DNA from: Squalus acanthias
Lineage: Eukaryota
Length of the DNA stretch: 64,000 bases
Direction: 5' to 3'
Assembly (NCBI GenBank): GCA_030390025.1
Contig: CM059438.1
Coordinates: 71,052,001 to 71,116,000, forward strand
Shown here: one piece after another, positions 12,276 to 24,919 of the stretch
Layout: each line of letters begins with the position of its first letter
How positions within the stretch are numbered: the stretch's first letter is position 1
Notes under the pieces: model-generated
The model's input: only the letters and a program-made list of their open reading frames with translations
The model's database searches: none
Told to the model about the DNA's origin: nothing
Translations under genes and position numbers: made by a program

Positions 12276-14049
12276 CTTAATTTGTGTGAATTAACATTTA
12301 CTCCTCGATTTTTAAGAAAAACAATATTTCATGTCGAGCTTTAATCCCCAAAATATAGTTGCTTCAGTGATTTATTTATTTCTAAGAAATTAATATTCAA
12401 TTCACAAGCATTCAAAAATACTTCTATCTCTATCTCCCTTTCTCATTACAATCTAGATAACTTGAATGCACAAAGTATATGAGACATATTTTGGTCCTTT
12501 CACTAATGCTCGTGAAAAAGCCATCTTAAGTATAATGCTAGTTTCAAAGACCGCCGTTTGTGTCCACATTAACCAATGGGAAAATGCACTCCAACATTAC
12601 CACAGTTTCAGAATTTGGTGTGAACACTGTAAAGTTTTTGGTGGCCTTATCACAGCAACGAAGAATTGAAAACCGAATCCATTTTCTCTGTCGGTGAACT
12701 AGCTGAGCAGGTGATGAATTATGGCAGATTCATGAGATGTACCAGAAATGTAACACCCAGTGTGTTGTCTCTTCCAACTATGACACTATTCTACTGAAAA
12801 ATGTATTTTTGTTTCTTCTCTTTCAAATAGGGCGCAGACTCGATGGGCCGAATGACCTCCTTCTGTGCTGTACTATTTACAAAATAGCATCAACCTTGGG
12901 GAGAAGGACCTACTTAAGGTGTATGTTTTATTAAAACAAAAGCACCCAGCAAGTTTTGAACCAGTTCTAGGACCTCTGGGGTTTGTGATATTTTAACGGC
13001 TTTGAACTTTTTTTTCCTAGGATATGGATACATGCTATTTTGGATGGTCGATTTTGGAGCAATTTGCCGCCCTGTAAATATTGTTAATATCAGCAAAAAG
13101 GCTGGGGCTTCAGTAAGCCATACAGACCCAAAGAACAATGCAAAGCAACTGAAAACAAGAACCTGTTTTGTTTAGTCAGCTTATAGCTGCCTTTAGTTGG
13201 CAATTCACATTCAGTTTTATGGAGTATGCCAACTTAAAACAGCTGTGTGCTGACTTGAACAGGGACCCAGGAGTAAAATATAAAAAACTAATATTCTAGC
13301 TCAGTATGCATTTAAGTTATATTTTTGAAACAAGCTGTCTCATGCAAGAAGTGCTTGCATACAAACATCCAAAATTGACGGGCAGGAAAAGACCATCAAG
13401 CCTGCCCCACATCATGATGATCGGACCATCATGGCTAAACACTTCTTACCTCCCACCCCGACCCACCTCACCCCCACCCCGCCGCCATGTAATCTCCAGG
13501 GAGAGCCGAAAAAACAGGTCCAAGAAGGGGGAAAAAAAACTCCTGTAAAATTCCTCTGATCCCTTCAGGCGATCGAAACCAATCCATGAGATCAGAAGAT
13601 CTTAAAGGATTAACTTTTTCTACTGCAATTATCTAAGAGTGAATTTTCTCTAATGGGCAAGTCGGGTGCTCTCCTATCTGCCGATATAAAATGATTAACT
13701 GGCCCACTGATTAGACCTGGTAGAAATAAAATACTCTTTCGGAGTTCCACCTGACGAGTATTTTGTAAGCGCAATGATTTTGTGAATTTGGGAGCTTCTT
13801 AACTTGGTATTTGCAGTCGATTTTAAATCATTGCCACCAACGCGCAAGGGATGTTAGGAAATGTAATTTTATAGTACTGTAGTATCCTGTCTTATTTTTA
13901 AAAAAACCCTCCCAAGTTGATTCTTCCCAGGCTCCCAATCAGACGTCTTAATGTAATATGTATCTATGACATTTTACACCATTTCTCAGCAATAGTGACG
14001 TCTAAACTATTTTTCTTCTACCTGAAGTATTTTTGTGAAAGCATTGAGC

Positions 14050-14966
14050 ACGCCACGGTCTCTAAATTGTCTGACTGCTTGTCCGACATCCAGTTCCGGA
14101 TGAGCAGAAATGTTCTCCAATTAAATATTGGGAAGACCGAAGCCATTGTTTTCAGTCCCCGCCACAAACTCCGTTCCCTAGCCACTGACTCCATCCCTCT
14201 CTCTAACATCTGTCTGAGGTTGAATCTCACAACTCGCAACCTTGGTGTCATATTTGACCCGGAAATGAGCTTCCGACCACATATCCACAGCATAACTAAG
14301 ACCGCCTATTTCCACCCCTGTAACATCGCCCGTCTCCGCCCTTGCCTCAACTCATCCGCTGCTGAAACCCTCATCCATGCCTTTGTTACCTCTAGACATG
14401 ACTATTCCAACGCACTCCTGGCCGGCCTCCCACATTCTACCCTATGTAAACTTGAGGTGATCCACAACTTGGTTGCCCGTGTCCTAACTCGCACCAAGTC
14501 CCGTTCACCCATCACCCCTGTGCTCGCTGACCTACATTGGCTCCCCGTTAAGCAACGCCTCGATTTCAAAATTCTCATCCTTATTTTCAAATCCCTCCAT
14601 GGCCTCGCCCCTCCCTATCTCTGTAATTTCCTTAAGCCCCACAACCCCCCGAGATATCTGCGCTCCTCTAATTCTGCCCTCTTGAGCATCCCTGATTATA
14701 ATCGCTCAACCATTGGTGGCCCTGCCTTCTGTTGCCTAGGCCCTAAGCTCTGGAATTCCCTGCCTAAACCTCTCCGCCTCTCTACCTCTCTTTCCTCCTT
14801 TAAGACTCCTTAAAACCGACCTCTTTGACCAAGCTTTTGGTCACCTGCCCTAATTTCTCCTTATGTGGCTCGGTGTCAAATTTTTTGTCTTTTAATACTC
14901 CTGTGAAGCACCTTGGGACGTTTTACTACGTTAAAGGCACTATATAAATACAAGTTGTTGTTGTTG
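14050..14966 (+). mobile_element. L2 LINE, 5'-truncated, open RT C-terminal region, (GTT)n tail
   Basis: ORF 13917..14813 from about HATV onward: LSDCLSDIQ..MSRNVLQLNIGKTE, RNLGVIFD, ETLIHAFVTSRHDYSNALL, ITPVLADLHWLPVKQR, characteristic of L2 ORF2. Confidence 0.95.
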
Positions 14967-15483
14967 AAGACAATACTGGCGGAAACTCTCTTTGAAGAGC
15001 AACTGAGCCTGAGTGCCAGACAGGTGACTGGGCTGGAATTGCATCATTCGAGAAGCAGCAGAGGAAAGAGACAGTGCTCATTAGTAGGTGTAATGGTTGG
15101 GCTAATCCCAGTCAACCTCCTTTTTGCCTCTCAAAACCACACAGTGAAATTTGAAACATGTACTGTAAGCCAACAAACAACAACTTTGACATAACATCAA
15201 AGAATTTACAGCGTTTTCTTACATCCTGGAGCTATAATCTTCTACTCAATTTCCAGCAGTCATAAACAATGATGTCTATTTAGGAATATTAACGCCAGCT
15301 TTAGTGCTCTATGCCAACGCTGCTACTGCCAATGCTATTCCTTTGATATGTTGAATATATTCTAAAGAAATACAAGACAAAGCATGGCTAGTGTCAAGTC
15401 TGATAGGTTTGTGAAATAGCTGAGTGGAATATTGAAATTCTTTGTTGTTGGCCGTCTCAAAAATATTAAGAGCATAAACTGAC

Positions 15484-15652
15484 CTGACGCTTGGAGGTGT
15501 CTTCATCTCTTCGCAGGTGAAGCACGTAGCCTTGCTTGCAGGACACGGTGCATTGGTCCCCATTGTAGTGCCCAGTTCCGGTACAGTTCAGCACTGCATT
15601 TTTGAGGCTGAGCTCTTGACAGTCAGTGGCTTCACAAGAGTAGTGGACACAA
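15484..15652 (-). CDS. PAPPA: Pappalysin-1 internal coding exon (169 bp; about human exon 14; start of first CCP/sushi module)
   Basis: cccacag|TTGTGTCCAC...CGTCAG|gtcagt translates (S)CVHYSCEATDCQELSLKNAVLNCTGTGHYNGDQCTVSCKQGYVLHLRRDEDTSKRQ, versus recalled human CVHFACEKTDCPELAVENASLNCS...CTVSCRTGYVLQIRRDDELIKSQ. Phase 2/0. Confidence 0.95.
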
Positions 15653-16155
15653 CTGTGGGAGGGAGGAAATAAATGATGTAAATGTTAGAACTGCTGGAAA
15701 TTGAGTAGAAGATCATAGCCCCGGGATTCATACAGATACATATGGCAAAATGGCCTTGCTTTTCCTGTTCCTGCCCACCTCAATATTTATTAATAAACCG
15801 AAAGTAGGCGCTTTGCTTATGGTTCAGTTGACAAGTGCATTTGCCTGGAAGCATAGTGGTTTGATCCCCCCACCCCCACCACAGTCTGTGTTTAGTTGGC
15901 TGGGCCAGCGATCAGTACGCTATAAGGGGCCTCAGCCCTTTCAAGCCAAAAGTGCAGGAGTGACCTTGATATTCAAAAAAGCTTCCAAATAATTTAAACA
16001 AAACATCTTTTTGTTATAGTTAAACATAGGATAAAACAAGATATCTGTTACATGGTGTACAGAGATGGGTGTCAAGGGTCCAGAATTTAATTATTGAGGA
16101 TACCAGCTGCCAGCTGTGGTATTTAGATATTTCACACATGAAATTGACTACAAAA

Positions 16156-16713
16156 ATTATCACCGGTACGCTTTTATTGACGCCAACACCTTAGCTGTCC
16201 GTGCTTGCAAACATTGCACCACCACACCTACGCCGCGAATATGCAGTCTCCAGCGAATACAACCGCTACACCAGCAAAGACATGCCGATCCAGGCTGAGT
16301 TGAACAACCTACCACCAACCCACCTCAAATCTAGAAGGCCATTTTGGACCGTCGCCGAAGCCCTTCAGCGATCTCCCCTCAGCCTTGATGACCGATGGCG
16401 AAATGCTTGGAAGAACTGTAGAGGACCCCACAGTACAAACTGAAGGATCAAACCTTCCTCGCAAACAGTAGACAACCATTAACTGCTACAGAACCGGTCA
16501 TGGTAGATGCTGCCACCTTCTCCATATTTGGAAGATTAAAGCATCCCCATCATGCGACTGTGGCGCTCCTAATCAGACCCTGGAGCACATCATTGAGCAC
16601 TGCCCTCAGAGGAAATTCGCGGGTAGTCTACAAGATATCCACGCTGTTGGCCTGGATATCCAATTTAGATATTGACATCTGATTTGCTTTGCTACTACCA
16701 TACGAAAGAAGAA
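16156..16713 (+). mobile_element. Vingi (Ingi-like) non-LTR retrotransposon 3' fragment with 10-bp TSD
   Basis: Frameshifted peptides LANIAPPHLRR, LKSRRPFW, RTGHGRC and CDCGAPNQTLEHIIEHCP (CCHC knuckle). Tail catacgaaagaagaa. GACTACAAAA at 16146-16155 and 16714-16723. Confidence 0.82.
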
Positions 16714-17228
16714 GACTACAAAAGCAAGGAGCGACAGTGTTGCTAAGGCATATTAAGTCACGTACCCCAGCAACCTGCCGAGAGTCTCTTTCTAGTTTGC
16801 CTCAGTCATTGATTTTTAACAATTTTACTGTTGTACAATTGTACTATTTATATCCCAGGTGCACAGAATGTCTGAATGTTCAAAATCTTGCAATGCTGAG
16901 CTTGAAAATTGGTTGTTGAAAGGCAAAGGTCATGAGGTACGTTCATTCTCTGTATTTTCAACAACAACAAAAAATAGCAGTAAATTGCACATCTCTACAT
17001 CAGAAGGTACAGATCTACACCTGCATCATAGACCTAATGTGCTATGATTTCTGTAGGGTGAACTGACCATTAATTTTCACTGATGAATTTGACTTGCCTC
17101 CTCAGAGTAACCTGAGTGAATCTAGCCTCCTCAGCCAACTCATCTAAATCTGTTCCAGTAGTCACCTTGCGTGAGCCTGGCTGCCTCCTCCATCACCTCA
17201 TCCTAACTTGACCAACTCCTCATAGTCA

Positions 17229-17725
17229 CTTTGCCCAAGTCTGACCATCCCCTCAGTAACCTTGCCCAAGTCTGACCATCCCCTCACTCACCTTGCCCAA
17301 GTCTGACCATCCCCTCACTCACCTTGCCCAACTCTGACCATCCCCTCACTCACCTTGCCCAAGTCTGACCATCCCCTCACTCACCTTGCCCAAGTCTGAC
17401 CATCCCCTCACTCACCTTGCCCAAGTCTGACCATCTCCTCACTCACCTTGCCCAAGTCTGACCATCTCCTCACTCACCTTGCCCAAGTCTGACCATCCCC
17501 TCACTCACCTTGCCCAAGTCTGACCATCCCCTCACTCACCTTGCCCAAGTCTGACCATCTCCTCACTCACCTTGCCCAAGTCTGACCATCTCCTCACTCA
17601 CCTTGCCCAAGTCTGACCATCCCCTCACTTACCTTGCCCAACTCTGACCATCCTCTCACTCACCTTGCCCAACTCTGACCATCCCCTCAGTAACCTTGCC
17701 CAAGCCTGGCCATCTCTTCACAATC
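17229..17725. repeat. 31-bp minisatellite, about 16 copies
   Basis: Unit CCTTGCCCAAGTCTGACCATCCCCTCACTCA repeated in tandem, with more degenerate units back to about 17100. Confidence 0.97.
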
Positions 17726-20700
17726 ACCTGTCCAGCTTCTCACAGTGACTTTATCACGTTCTGATCGCTTCACAAGCACCTCATCCAAACACGGTACTGT
17801 TAAATTTCAGGAATGCAAACTGTTGGTGGGGGTAGGGGGGCATGGGAAATACAAATTACACAGAATAACATCTGCTTATGGAGTGAATTCTGAACATGTA
17901 TATGGTCAGTGGCATCCAAAGCCAATTCGTGACCTTGGTTGTAATGGACACGCAACTGTGAGCTGTACTGTACAACCATGATAGCGCAGAAGACCCTCAC
18001 CACACTACCAAGTTGCAAGTTGGGTTTGTTGGTCAGAAAATGACTGGCATAAAAATAACATACCACAGCGGAAAACTGTAGGGTAAATTCCCCAATCCTG
18101 CTGTCCTGGTGGGGAGCTGTGCTCAGAGGAAGTGCGATTTGGAAATAAGGCGGCACACTGTGGCGCGGTATCGCTGAACTACTTCATTCGAGCATGGCTC
18201 CCCATTGGAGCGAGGAATTGGTGAATTTATCGTCATGCCGTTAGATACAGATCATGAAATAAATATTGGGGTCGAGAAACAAGTGGCAGTGGGTTGGCCA
18301 AAGTTACCTTTCCATTAACTCCTTAATTTATTTCCCTCCCGACAGGAACAGTTAAAATCAACCCCATTGTTTGTGACTTTGAATTCCACTAAATAGGCAC
18401 AAATTACAGCAAGTCTCTCTGGATAGCAATCGATTGAATTTTCCTCCCTAACCTAGGGGAGCTCAGGTTAAATGCTGTGCTCCTACATAACTCGGAGCAA
18501 ACCAGGGATCAAATGTGGGTCCAAACGTCATTTTTTTCAATAGCTCTGTGAGGCTCCTTTTTTAATCCGTGCCAATTGTAAGACTGTAAATTTTCGATTT
18601 TAAAAGTCCAAATAACCCGTGTGCAATAATTTAACAGCTCTGGATATTGTAAAGTTTACTGTACATTAATATAGTCATCTTTTGAAGAAAGCTGCAAATA
18701 ATTATTTCTGATAACAAATCCCATAGGATTTATCAATTTTTCACCCTTGAATCCTTCAAGAGCTTATAAAACTCGCCAAATATTCCAACAGGTTTGCATT
18801 CCTACAGGTCTCTGAAACTAATCCTATCCAATCCCAGAGGATTTTGCAATCAGTTGCCTTATATGAGTTTTTCTCTTTAGTAGTCTACTATTTTCTTCCC
18901 TTTTTGTTTATTTTTATTGTAACTTTTCTAACCATGGCGTGTGTAAAATGTGTGTTTATTTAATAGTCCTCTGGGCTTCATCGAGCTCTTTCTACATTTG
19001 ACCCAGTCACCAATTCTGAACAGTTTTATTGTGCTCTCTATGGTCCCAGATGCGTAGAATTTTTATTTGTTCCAAATTTCCGATGCAAATGGATATCCAT
19101 CAAATCGAACCATGTTACCAGACCAGCGAGAGTGTCTGCTAGAAAGCTGGAGGATCGAAGAATACAGTCTGAGCGGACAAGAAAAAAGTGGCTGCTCCCT
19201 CTGATATTTTGCTATTATTTCCTGCCAATATAAATATTGTGCTGTGAATTAATGTGTTGAGATTTCAGAATTTTGGTCAATTGTACTGGGTAATGCAATA
19301 GGCCACGCCACTAGCGACTTTGAATAAACTGTATAGAACAACTGAAGAGAATTACCACAACAGCTGGCCTTCTGCACACTGCTCAGCTTACAAGAACTCA
19401 GTCACTTGGCCATTCGCTCTCCTGTCAGGACAGCGTTTGCTGATTTTTCACTTTGCACAATCGTTTTTATCTCCTTTGTTATTTTAATTGGTCCTTCAAT
19501 TTTTTTTTAAAGATGGAGCTTTATATATTTATTGTGCCAATCATTAGAAGCGGTGTCTTGTAGGTTGCGCTTTCTTATTCCCAATATATTTTCAAAATAT
19601 CAACTTTGTAAAATAAGAGCAAAGAGAATATGACACAAGAAAAGACCATTTGGCCCATCGGCCCAGTCATTCCAAGGACTAGGTACACTCTTATCCTGGA
19701 TTGTTAAGATGTAACCATCTAACCTCCTGAGGGAAACTTCTGTTTGAACACTTTCTGATTGCCAGAAGTAATTGAGCAAAATTATTTATCCACTGTTGCA
19801 TCTTTATTATTCAGCTCTGAGCTGCTCCCCTCTACAGATAACACCTCCACACCCCTTTACGAGCACAGGGCTTCTGTGTACCATGTTACATTTCATCATC
19901 CATACCTATCTTATAACCTCCAATCTTATTCCCAGCTTCCTGAAACTCCTCTTATTTAAAAAAAAACACTTATTTTTCTCCATAATCAACAAAATTGTGG
20001 GAATATTCAGTTTGAACGAGGTGATGGCCGAGGTCCATAATTTGGGGTGCTGCCACGTTTGAAAAGAAAAGTGATGAGGTAAGTTGTGGAGTAGATATTG
20101 AGCAATGCCAAGCTGACCCTTTAAAAGTCTATAGCTTGCAAGAGAAAGGGAAGACTGAGGTAAACTAAAGTGTTCCACAGATTTGAGGCCCTCTGGAGGA
20201 ATATATTTCGGATGGGAGATGGCGCAATGTATCTTTATTTCAACACCAGGGCGATGAAGGAGAAAGGAAGTGTATAGGATGGCCTATTGTGAGCTTAGGA
20301 GGAACAAAAGACGAAAATTAAGAGGAGCATCGACCATAATAATATCAATAAAATTGAGTACTAACCAAAATGACAAGAATCCTTTTGGTGTGAACACTAG
20401 GGTGCTATTATGGAGGTTATTGGCTGATTTAAATAAGGCAATTCAATTATTAGTCATGAAATTTAGGCAACAAGAAAAGCCACAAATATCTCAAGATCCT
20501 CATATCTTATAAATACTGCCTTTTGTAACACTGTGGGAATTATACAAAATAAATAATACAGCAAGCTTGTATAATAAATGTCAACAAAATGCTCCAAGAC
20601 AGTAAATTCAGAAGACTGCGCATTGCCATTCCCAGAAACACAACACACAGAGCAACATTATGTAGACATGTAGCCAAACAAGCCTCTACAACAAGATATA

Positions 20701-21224
20701 ACGCTGCTGACAAAAAGCGGTTCACAAATAACAAGAATGAACCACAAAATGAGTGGTAAGTAATAGACTTGCAAACTACTACACCAGGCACACTGCTCCA
20801 GAAAGGGATGACTGGAATCTTTACACCAGAACCAAAACTAGTGAACTTCTCTCTGGTTCACTGAGTAAGAACACTGTTGGTGGGTGTCAAATCACACAGC
20901 CTAGGTCCTAGGTTCAATTATCAGTCTGGGCAAAGTTAACAACCAGCACAGCATCCTCATGCCTCTATGGAGTGCCTTGGCAGGTTTAAAAATGATATAG
21001 AAATGCGACTCGTATCTTAGCACAGCAACAGGAAGACATTTGAATTCTGCTAAATTTTAACATAGTATCGAGGGCGCCAGCGCTTCAAAAACATTGCAAC
21101 TGTTAAATGCAAAAAAGGTAAACTTTTCAATCCACTATATGGACAGGAAAGTTGATTGAGAAGTCAAATTTCCATTTGTTGTAGAGCAACTTTTGTGATC
21201 AACATCTGTTTTTTTTTAAATCCT

Positions 21225-21505
21225 CCTATCTTTTCCTTTCCTGAAGGTGCTGACTGATGCTGAAGTGTTGTACCTGACCCAATTGCCCATTCTTGACCTG
21301 TGAGCTGAGAGTTAGTGTTGGCAGGTTACTCGATGGTGGGTGACCTCGCATATAAGCCCAAAACTCATACATGCATTTTACAGTCGGAGTCCCTGGTTAA
21401 TGGCCATCTGTGCCCCTACCCTGCCTGAGGTCAGATAACTCAGCATACACAAGGAGTGACCTTGTTGGAGTGTATGGGCCAATTGCAAACTGGGCAGTGC
21501 CTTCA
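21225..21505 (-). mobile_element. SINE family A copy (internally deleted)
   Basis: cctgaaggtgctgactg...gtgttggcaggttactcga...tgggcagtgc. Confidence 0.6.
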
Positions 21506-22699
21506 TCATTTTGAAACTGTTCATCTCCAAAACTCAATGTGTGTATATTTTTATTATTATTCGACCAAATGAGTAGGTGCCATAAATCAATCTACAGATT
21601 TGGAAATGACTGAAAAATAGGAGTCTACCCCAACTTCAAATACTGAGAACCCTCTCTGGCTTGTTCCTTGTGTTTTCCTGACCACACCAGTGGACTGTGT
21701 TTCCTGCATTCTACTGCTGCGCATGTTCAATATGTATTTAATTTATTGGAGCAGTAAAGTGAATGTATGGCCCATTCTCTGTTGGCGATCTGGCAATCTT
21801 CATGTCCTCCTTGCTACATCGCCAATAGACCGTAAAAGTCTAAATATCTGCTTTAGTGCAATGTAAGATGTGTTTAAGTTGAATTATGTTTGACAGACGT
21901 TGTACCCTGAAGACATGCAGACTTTGAAATGTCCGAGTTGAATTGACCTTGGCTATAATGTCCTTCTTGGGAGACCCGTAGTGCTTGCTAACAAGATGCA
22001 GACTATGGCAAAGTTCCGACACTCATTCCATCGCTCTCATCTCCTGCTGCCTCCCTGGTATTTGTTATTTGGATTTTTTTTTTGGGGGGGGGGATACTTG
22101 TATTGCTTCTGAGCTTTAAAAGGCAAATTTTCTCTCTTTTTTTAACACTGGGCTCTCTTAAGACAGTGCTTGGTCTGCTTTGCTGCAAAAAGGTGCAATC
22201 ACCTCAGTAAAGAACTACCTCCTGAATTCTCTGTTGGATTTATTGGTGATTATCTGATATTTATTGGCCCCTAGTATTAGTAAAGTCAGGGCTAGCCCAT
22301 TCAAAACAAGCGCTAACATAATGCCACCATGTTAGCCAGCTATGAGCATAATAAAAGTGCCAATTTCTAGGTCTCACTTTGCCAAATAGTTTCACCATGA
22401 GGCGCAAGTAGCGATGTGATGATATTTTCTGCTTACTAACAGGTGGCGATGAGAGTGAGTTTTTAGAGGTGCTTTGTGCATCGTGAACAAATTCAGGAGG
22501 GGTTGCGCTGAGTAGCATCTCTGGCAAAATAGTTATTGAATTCAAAAGCATACTTATGATTTGTCGAGAAATACTAACTTGAGGAAATCTTGTTTACGAT
22601 GCCCTTAGCAACCAGAGGAAGTTAGCCAGACTGGTAACTCTACCACAGCACAATGGCCGTACTGCTGCAGCCACTTCTGTCACTCCTCTTCTTAAAAAC

Positions 22700-23210
22700 C
22701 AGATGATACCATAACTGAGAGGTTATAACTATCAGGAAAGGCTGAACAGACTGGGGCTCTATTCTCTCGAAAGAGAAGGCTCAGGGGTGACCTGATAGAG
22801 GTCTTTAAGATTATGAAAGGGTTTGATAGGGTAGATGTAAAGAAAATCATTCCACTTGTGGGGGGGGAAGTCCAAAACTAGGGGCCAATAAATATCAGAT
22901 AATCATCAATAAATCCAACAGAGAATTCAGGAGGTAGTTCTTTACTCAGAGTGGATAGAATGTGGAACTTGCTACCACAAGGAGTAGTTGAGCTGAATAA
23001 CATAGATGCATTTAAAGGAAAGCTAGATAAACAGTAGTGGGAGAAAGGAATATAAAAATACGCTGGTGAGATGAAAAGGGATGGGAGGAGTCTCGTATGG
23101 AACACGGACCAGTTGGGCCGAATGGCCTGTTTCTGTGCTGTAATTTCTATGTAATTCTATGTAAAAATGGCTTGTTTCTGTGCTGTAATTTGTATGTAAT
23201 TCTATGTAAA
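22700..23210 (+). mobile_element. CR1 LINE 3' fragment with tandemly duplicated tail
   Basis: gaaagagaaggctcaggggtgacctgatagaggtc (RRLRGDLIEV). The tail atggcctgtttctgtgctgtaatttctatgtaattctatgtaaaa occurs twice. Confidence 0.88.
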
Positions 23211-23829
23211 AACGTAAGCACCCCTTGCCCCCACCTTGGGTGAGACCTGGGACAGATCGGGAATTATATTCGGACCTTCATTGGTCTGCACGGCTCACTT
23301 CCATACTGTGTAATTAAGCCATCAGTAAAGTTTATTTCTACTGCCCATGCAGAATACACTGTGACCAAAACAGGGATTTGCCAGAGAAAAAGAAAGAAAA
23401 TTCTTGCAGTGTTGCAGAACAGCTGGGGATATGCAACATAATGCAAAATGCATCCGCCAGCATTTGGCTGTAAACAATGCTATTCCTGGAGTTCTAGCCC
23501 GCAGCACTGGGCACTTTCACCCTGCACTGCAAATTACAATCGCACATCGATGCAGCAATATTTGAATTCATTTATCCAGTCACCCTAGACTACAATCACA
23601 TAAGCGCTGCCAAACAGGAAGTTACTTGGCTAAGGTATCTGGCAACGTTTGGCAGAGCCAACTTGTTTTTCCTAAATATTAAAGTATTTTTGTAACATTA
23701 AGTGCGAGAAATAACTACTTCGAGTGAAACAAGCAGCTGATTAAAGCCAAAAATGAAAATTAAAAAGCAAACATCGCTGCTTCTGAATTTTTTTTTCTTT
23801 GTAAATTGGTAAGAATATTGTTGGCCTCG

Positions 23830-24175
23830 TGACTAACTGCGATCCATGGTGTTGCACTAAGATGTACTGACATCAACCCATGTCTGTCCCAAGTTAGCTT
23901 ATATCAGCGCTTTGCATGTTACACTTGGCTCAACTCATCAGGACATGGAGGAAAAGAAAAATCAGCTGGGATTCTTGCTCCTAATCATCATCCAGTGACC
24001 CCTGCTGGAAAAAGTGGATGTGTGGACATTGAATGAGGACAGGATTAAGATTGTCCGTGTTGCCTACCATAGTCGAATAGCCTGCCAACACTTGCTGTCT
24101 AGGCTCAGACATTAAGGCTGTAATGATGGACCCTTTGGGATCACGCATCAGTCACGATCTTCAGGAAAGAAGGAA
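23830..24175 (+). mobile_element. SINE family A copy
   Basis: aaaatcagctgggattcttgctcctaatcatcatccagtgacccctgctggaaa...gtcgaatagcctgccaacact...cttcagga. Confidence 0.75.
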
Positions 24176-24919
24176 AATATTCGTTGTTCCCCCCATTTAA
24201 GTTTCTTAATCCTCTTGCCTCCTTTTATGCTCTGTCTCTACTGCAGGCAACACTCCATTTGTAGAGAAGGGAGGGGATCACGACAGGCAAACGATCCGCT
24301 CCCAGGCCTCTGCCTACTCGGTTGTTGAGCTAGGCCTCAAGGAGGAGCTCTAGGGCACTTTGCCACTCTCCGTTCTTACAGAATGCCTGTCCAGTTCTCG
24401 GTGCCATCCGCAATGGTGGTACTGAGGATACTGCCTTCCCAGACGTGGCATGCCATGAGTAAAACCCGCCCCTCCCCGTCACTCTGCGACAAAACGCTTA
24501 GTTCCACGCTGCCAACAAACAAGAAACCAGTACAATTTATCACTGAGCTGCCAAAGACAACAGGATATTGTTTTCAAATTTTGTAATGTGTGACTAAAGA
24601 CACAAACACCACCCCCCCCCCCGGTTTGATGGACCATTCACAACAGGTTGATGACAATTAAGTAATTATCTGCAATCGGTGGTATGGCTACCCCCATACT
24701 TTGAAATAGAGGTACATAGCTCATTTTCACACACGCCACTTGTTCAGATCACTGCTAAAGCGCATCTACGTGAAGCGTGTGTATACCACTGTCAAAACCC
24801 AAATCTAATTACGTCAGTGGGACCAGATGGATTTGTGGTCATTGCGGAGGTGTTTCCACTGTAATGAAATCCTGCCGGATGCTTTACTGTATTTAAGCTA
24901 CAGCTCACTGTGCAATAGA

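Noticed and set aside
13749-13775. Further hammerhead candidate (cctgacgag)
   Set aside because: No stem II followed by GAAA downstream.
13917-14813. Longest ORF (298 aa) as a host gene
   Set aside because: It is the RT C-terminal region of a 5'-truncated L2 LINE. The first 45 or so codons are flanking DNA read through by chance.
17229-17725. CRISPR-like array
   Set aside because: Contiguous 31-bp tandem units with no unique spacers and no cas genes, in a eukaryotic intron.
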